A DNA stretch of 64,000 bases from NCBI GenBank assembly GCA_003971905.1, contig RSEE01000053.1:372001-436000 (forward strand). Reading direction: 5' to 3'. Position 1 is the first letter of the stretch; every line of letters starts with the position of its first letter. The notes beneath the pieces are model-generated. The model was given only the letters and a program-made list of their open reading frames with translations. It did not search any database and was not told the origin of the DNA. The DNA is from Moniliella sp. 'wahieum' (Eukaryota). A program made the translations under genes and the position numbers. Below, in pieces: positions 61,173-64,000 of this stretch.

Positions 61173-63299
61173 TTACAGAAGCTGTTTGGCTGCTGTGCCC
61201 ATCTCGACCGCGTGGCGGAGGACAGGACGGGCGTTGTTCTCGAGCGCATCCGCTTGTTGCGCCAGCGTCCGTGCCCCCGTTTTGTTTGGCGCATACACCT
61301 CTTGCACCACAGCCACACTTGTTTCCTCCCTTCCTTCTCTAGGAGCACGAGGTGAGCCGCGCAGTTGGTCCAAAAGTGGCGCTTGGCCTTGGCCCATTTG
61401 GACTGCATCCGCCGTGCCAGCACGGCCAAGACCAATGCCCTCCGGCCGCGGCGACCGACGGCGTCAGGGCCAAGCTGCCCAGTAGCTCCGATCACTCTGC
61501 ACGCTTTCGGCGCCCAGTTGGACCACCGCGTGGCTCACCTGTTCCGCAATCAACGCCGTGTGCGACGCAATGGGCTCCACCACCGCCACGTCCATTGGCG
61601 GTGCAGGCACCGCAATCTGGGCCGGGGGGACGGCCAGGGTGGAAGCTGCCAGCACGGTCGTACTCAACGCCAAGACGGCGGAAGAAGCAGCGGTGCGTTG
61701 GCCTTCGCGCGCCAGTTGGTCCGCCGGTCCGCCGGGCGCAGTGAGCGCTTGTCGCGCCTTGTGCACAGGGTGGGACAGCTGCGCCGTATCCACCTTGACC
61801 GACGCAGATGACAGCGTGGAAAGGTCCACGTGCGCCGAGGCGGACGCGAGGGATTGGACGACGGTGTGGAGGTGGGCGTGTTCCGCGCTGCTCACCTCGT
61901 CCAGTCGTCCTGCCGCCCTAGCCAGGGCAAGCGCCGTGCCTTGCGCAAAGGAGCGCTGTAGCGGCGCGCGGACCGTACTGGCAATCGTATCGGAGCGATA
62001 GAGCAACGTCCACCATGGCATGCCTTCCAACAAGGACGATAGCTCCGCTTGCGTGTCCGACGCTAGGTCCCACACGCTCGATCCGCTGTCACCGGCCCCG
62101 ACACTTTTCTTGTCTCCTACCGGGTTGGCCTTCCGCACCTCCTCCATCACCCGAGCCGCTTGGCGCGGGACCAGCGAGGCAAACCGCGCGTCCAAGGAAG
62201 ATGCTGCACCACGCAGGTTGGATGCGGTGGCGACCTCTTCGCCTGCCTGCGCACTCAGCGCAGCCGACGCATGCAGCACCGTCATGTACCTCCTCTCGTT
62301 CTCCCCCGCGTCGGCTGGCTCAGCAGCGTACGTACCTGGCCCAGGCGCGAAGCGGTATAGAGCGCGGCAAAGCTCGACCAAGTGGCCGAAGAGGAAGCGG
62401 AGGAAGAAGGCGATCGTAACGCTTCTTTGAGCGCCTCGGTCGCCCGCAAGGCCAAGCCCGAGGAAACGGTGGCAATCGCCACCGATGTGTCGCCGACCAC
62501 GTTGCGCAGCGCAGCACGAATGGCCTGCTCAGACGTAAGGCCCGAGGGAAACGTGACTACTGCGTCCGAGTGGAGCGGCGGCAGAGCCAGGTCCGCTTCG
62601 CCTTCGCCTTGCTCCTGGCCCGAGGTGGGAGGGGCGGGAGGAAGAGGTGCAGGGTAGTTGACCACCACCAGCGCGGACGCGGGGTGAATCTCACGCAGCA
62701 GGGCAAGCGTGGGGTCGAGGCCGGCCGAAAGACTAAACGGATCCGTCACATACACAATCCGGTCCGCGCCGTACAAGGCCGACAGCAGCGCTTGCTTTGC
62801 CTCGGGCGACAGGGACTGGGTCGACGGGAGGAGACGCCGAGTGAGCTGGACGTTGGGCAGCCAGCGAGGCGCAGGCAGGCTCAGGACCAGGTCCTTGTCG
62901 CTGTCGGCAGCCAGCAGCGCGGGGGGGGCACGCCCTGGTCGCCCGGCCGCGCCTCGAGCGGCTCATCGACCAACGCACGCACCAGCGGCGCGGTCTCGGC
63001 GCGGTCCGAGCCGATGACTGGCAGGCGAACAAAAGGGCGAGCGCGTTAGCCAGGCGCTACGGCCCACCGCGAGAGGGAGGGGGAGACGCACCAAGCACAT
63101 TGGGTGGCGCGGGCTGCTGGGCGGCGGCGAGGCGGGCGCGCCAGACGCTGGTGCTGGGGCCGCCCCAGGCGGCCCAGGCGGCGTCGCAGTCGGCGAGGAG
63201 GCTGGCGGCGCGCGTGGACGCGGCGCGGAGCAGCGCCGGGCGCGGGCGGAGGCGGGCGGCGCGCGGGAAGGACGCGTGGGCGGCGCGCAGAAGCAACAT
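61173..63299 (-). CDS. Mmc1-like mitochondrial protein
   Basis: Presequence-like MLLLRAAHASFPRAARLR; PWWTLLYRSD and QSKWAKAKRHF resemble the Mmc1 C-terminal domain; intron near 63030-63090; frameshifts. Confidence 0.6.
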
Positions 63300-63675
63300 G
63301 CTGCGCGTGGCCGGCGGTGGTGGTTGCGCGCTGGGCGCGCCTATGAATATGAGTATGAGTATGAATCTTCTGCCGCAGCTGGGCGTCTGGCCGTGGTCAC
63401 TAATGGCCGCCTGCCGCTGGAATGAAATTACGACGCTGCGGAAAACTGCCGTTCGCCCGCCATTCCCCCAAGTCGGAAAGCCCGACGGGCGAGTTTCGGT
63501 TGGAGGGAAGGAGAAGCCCTCACCCGCTACCCAAGCACACCCGCGCAGATGGAGCATCAAATAGGGGGCGGCATCCACGATGCACCCTGCAGGTGAATCC
63601 AGAACGAGATATACGCAGAGGGAGCAAGAAGAAGAAGAAGAAAAAAAAAAAAAAAAAACAGCAGCTCGACTGTGT

Positions 63676-64000
63676 TTACTTGTCGGCCTGGAGCGCAGCC
63701 AGCCGGTCAATGCTCGCCTGCTCCGCCTCAGGCTCGGCCGGAGGCAAGGCGTCGCCGCCCTTGGTGAGGTGGCCGGTGGCCACCTGCCGGAACAAGGCGT
63801 AGGCGCGGTCCAGGTCGTCGTTGACCACCGTCATCGTGCTTGCCCTCGCGCGCAAACCGCAGCTCTTGCGCGGCCATGGCAAGCCGCTTGGTGATGCTCT
63901 CCTCCGTCTCGGAACCGCGGCCTTCGAGCCGCTCCTTGAGCGCAGAGAACGACGGAGGCGCGAGGAAGACGTAGAGCGGGTCCAGGTGCGGGTGGCGCGC
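63676..64000 (-). CDS. GUK1: Guanylate kinase, C-terminal part (5' end outside the window)
   Basis: LYVFLAPPSFSALKERLEGRGSETEESITKRLA and VVNDDLDRAY. Confidence 0.92.
   Translation of the reverse strand, partial: RATRTWTRSTSSSRLRRSLRSRSGSKAAVPRRRRASPSGLPWPRKSCGLRARASTMTVVNDDLDRAYALFRQVATGHLTKGGDALPPAEPEAEQASIDRLAALQADK

Noticed and set aside
60523..61495. ORFs encoding poly-HL, poly-ME, poly-SP or poly-GD
   Set aside because: Translations of the (CATCTC)n microsatellite

Overview
Intron-containing, GC-rich fungal DNA. Intron signals (GTACGT/GTATGT...YAG) and gene content suggest a basidiomycete; this is an inference. Almost every conserved gene has 1-bp frameshifts, so the assembly is probably unpolished long-read sequence and gene ends are approximate. 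Protein genes: PPPDE peptidase, ISU1, a bacterial-type GH127/GH146 beta-L-arabinofuranosidase with two in-frame stops, an APC amino acid permease, an MSS116-like DEAD-box helicase, an RRM+YTH protein, EF-1beta, an arrestin-like protein, an Sfk1/DRAM protein, an OSH1/2-type oxysterol-binding protein, an AlaX editing protein, an ammonium transporter, an unknown membrane protein, TAN1, an Mmc1-like protein and the 3' end of guanylate kinase. RNA genes: six intact tRNAs, a broken tRNA-Gln, and an intronic U18/snR18 snoRNA. Mobile DNA: one young full-length Ty1/copia element, a nested solo LTR and two dispersed repeat pairs. Most notable: (1) the copia primer-binding site pairs with the anticodon arm of the spliced tRNA-His(GUG) encoded in this window, suggesting half-tRNA-His priming, and a single in-frame UAG separates gag from pol, suggesting readthrough; (2) the glycosidase and permease diverge from a region with a ~360-420 bp inverted duplication; (3) intergenic DNA carries many 7-bp-period repeats built from different A....T hexameric palindromes.
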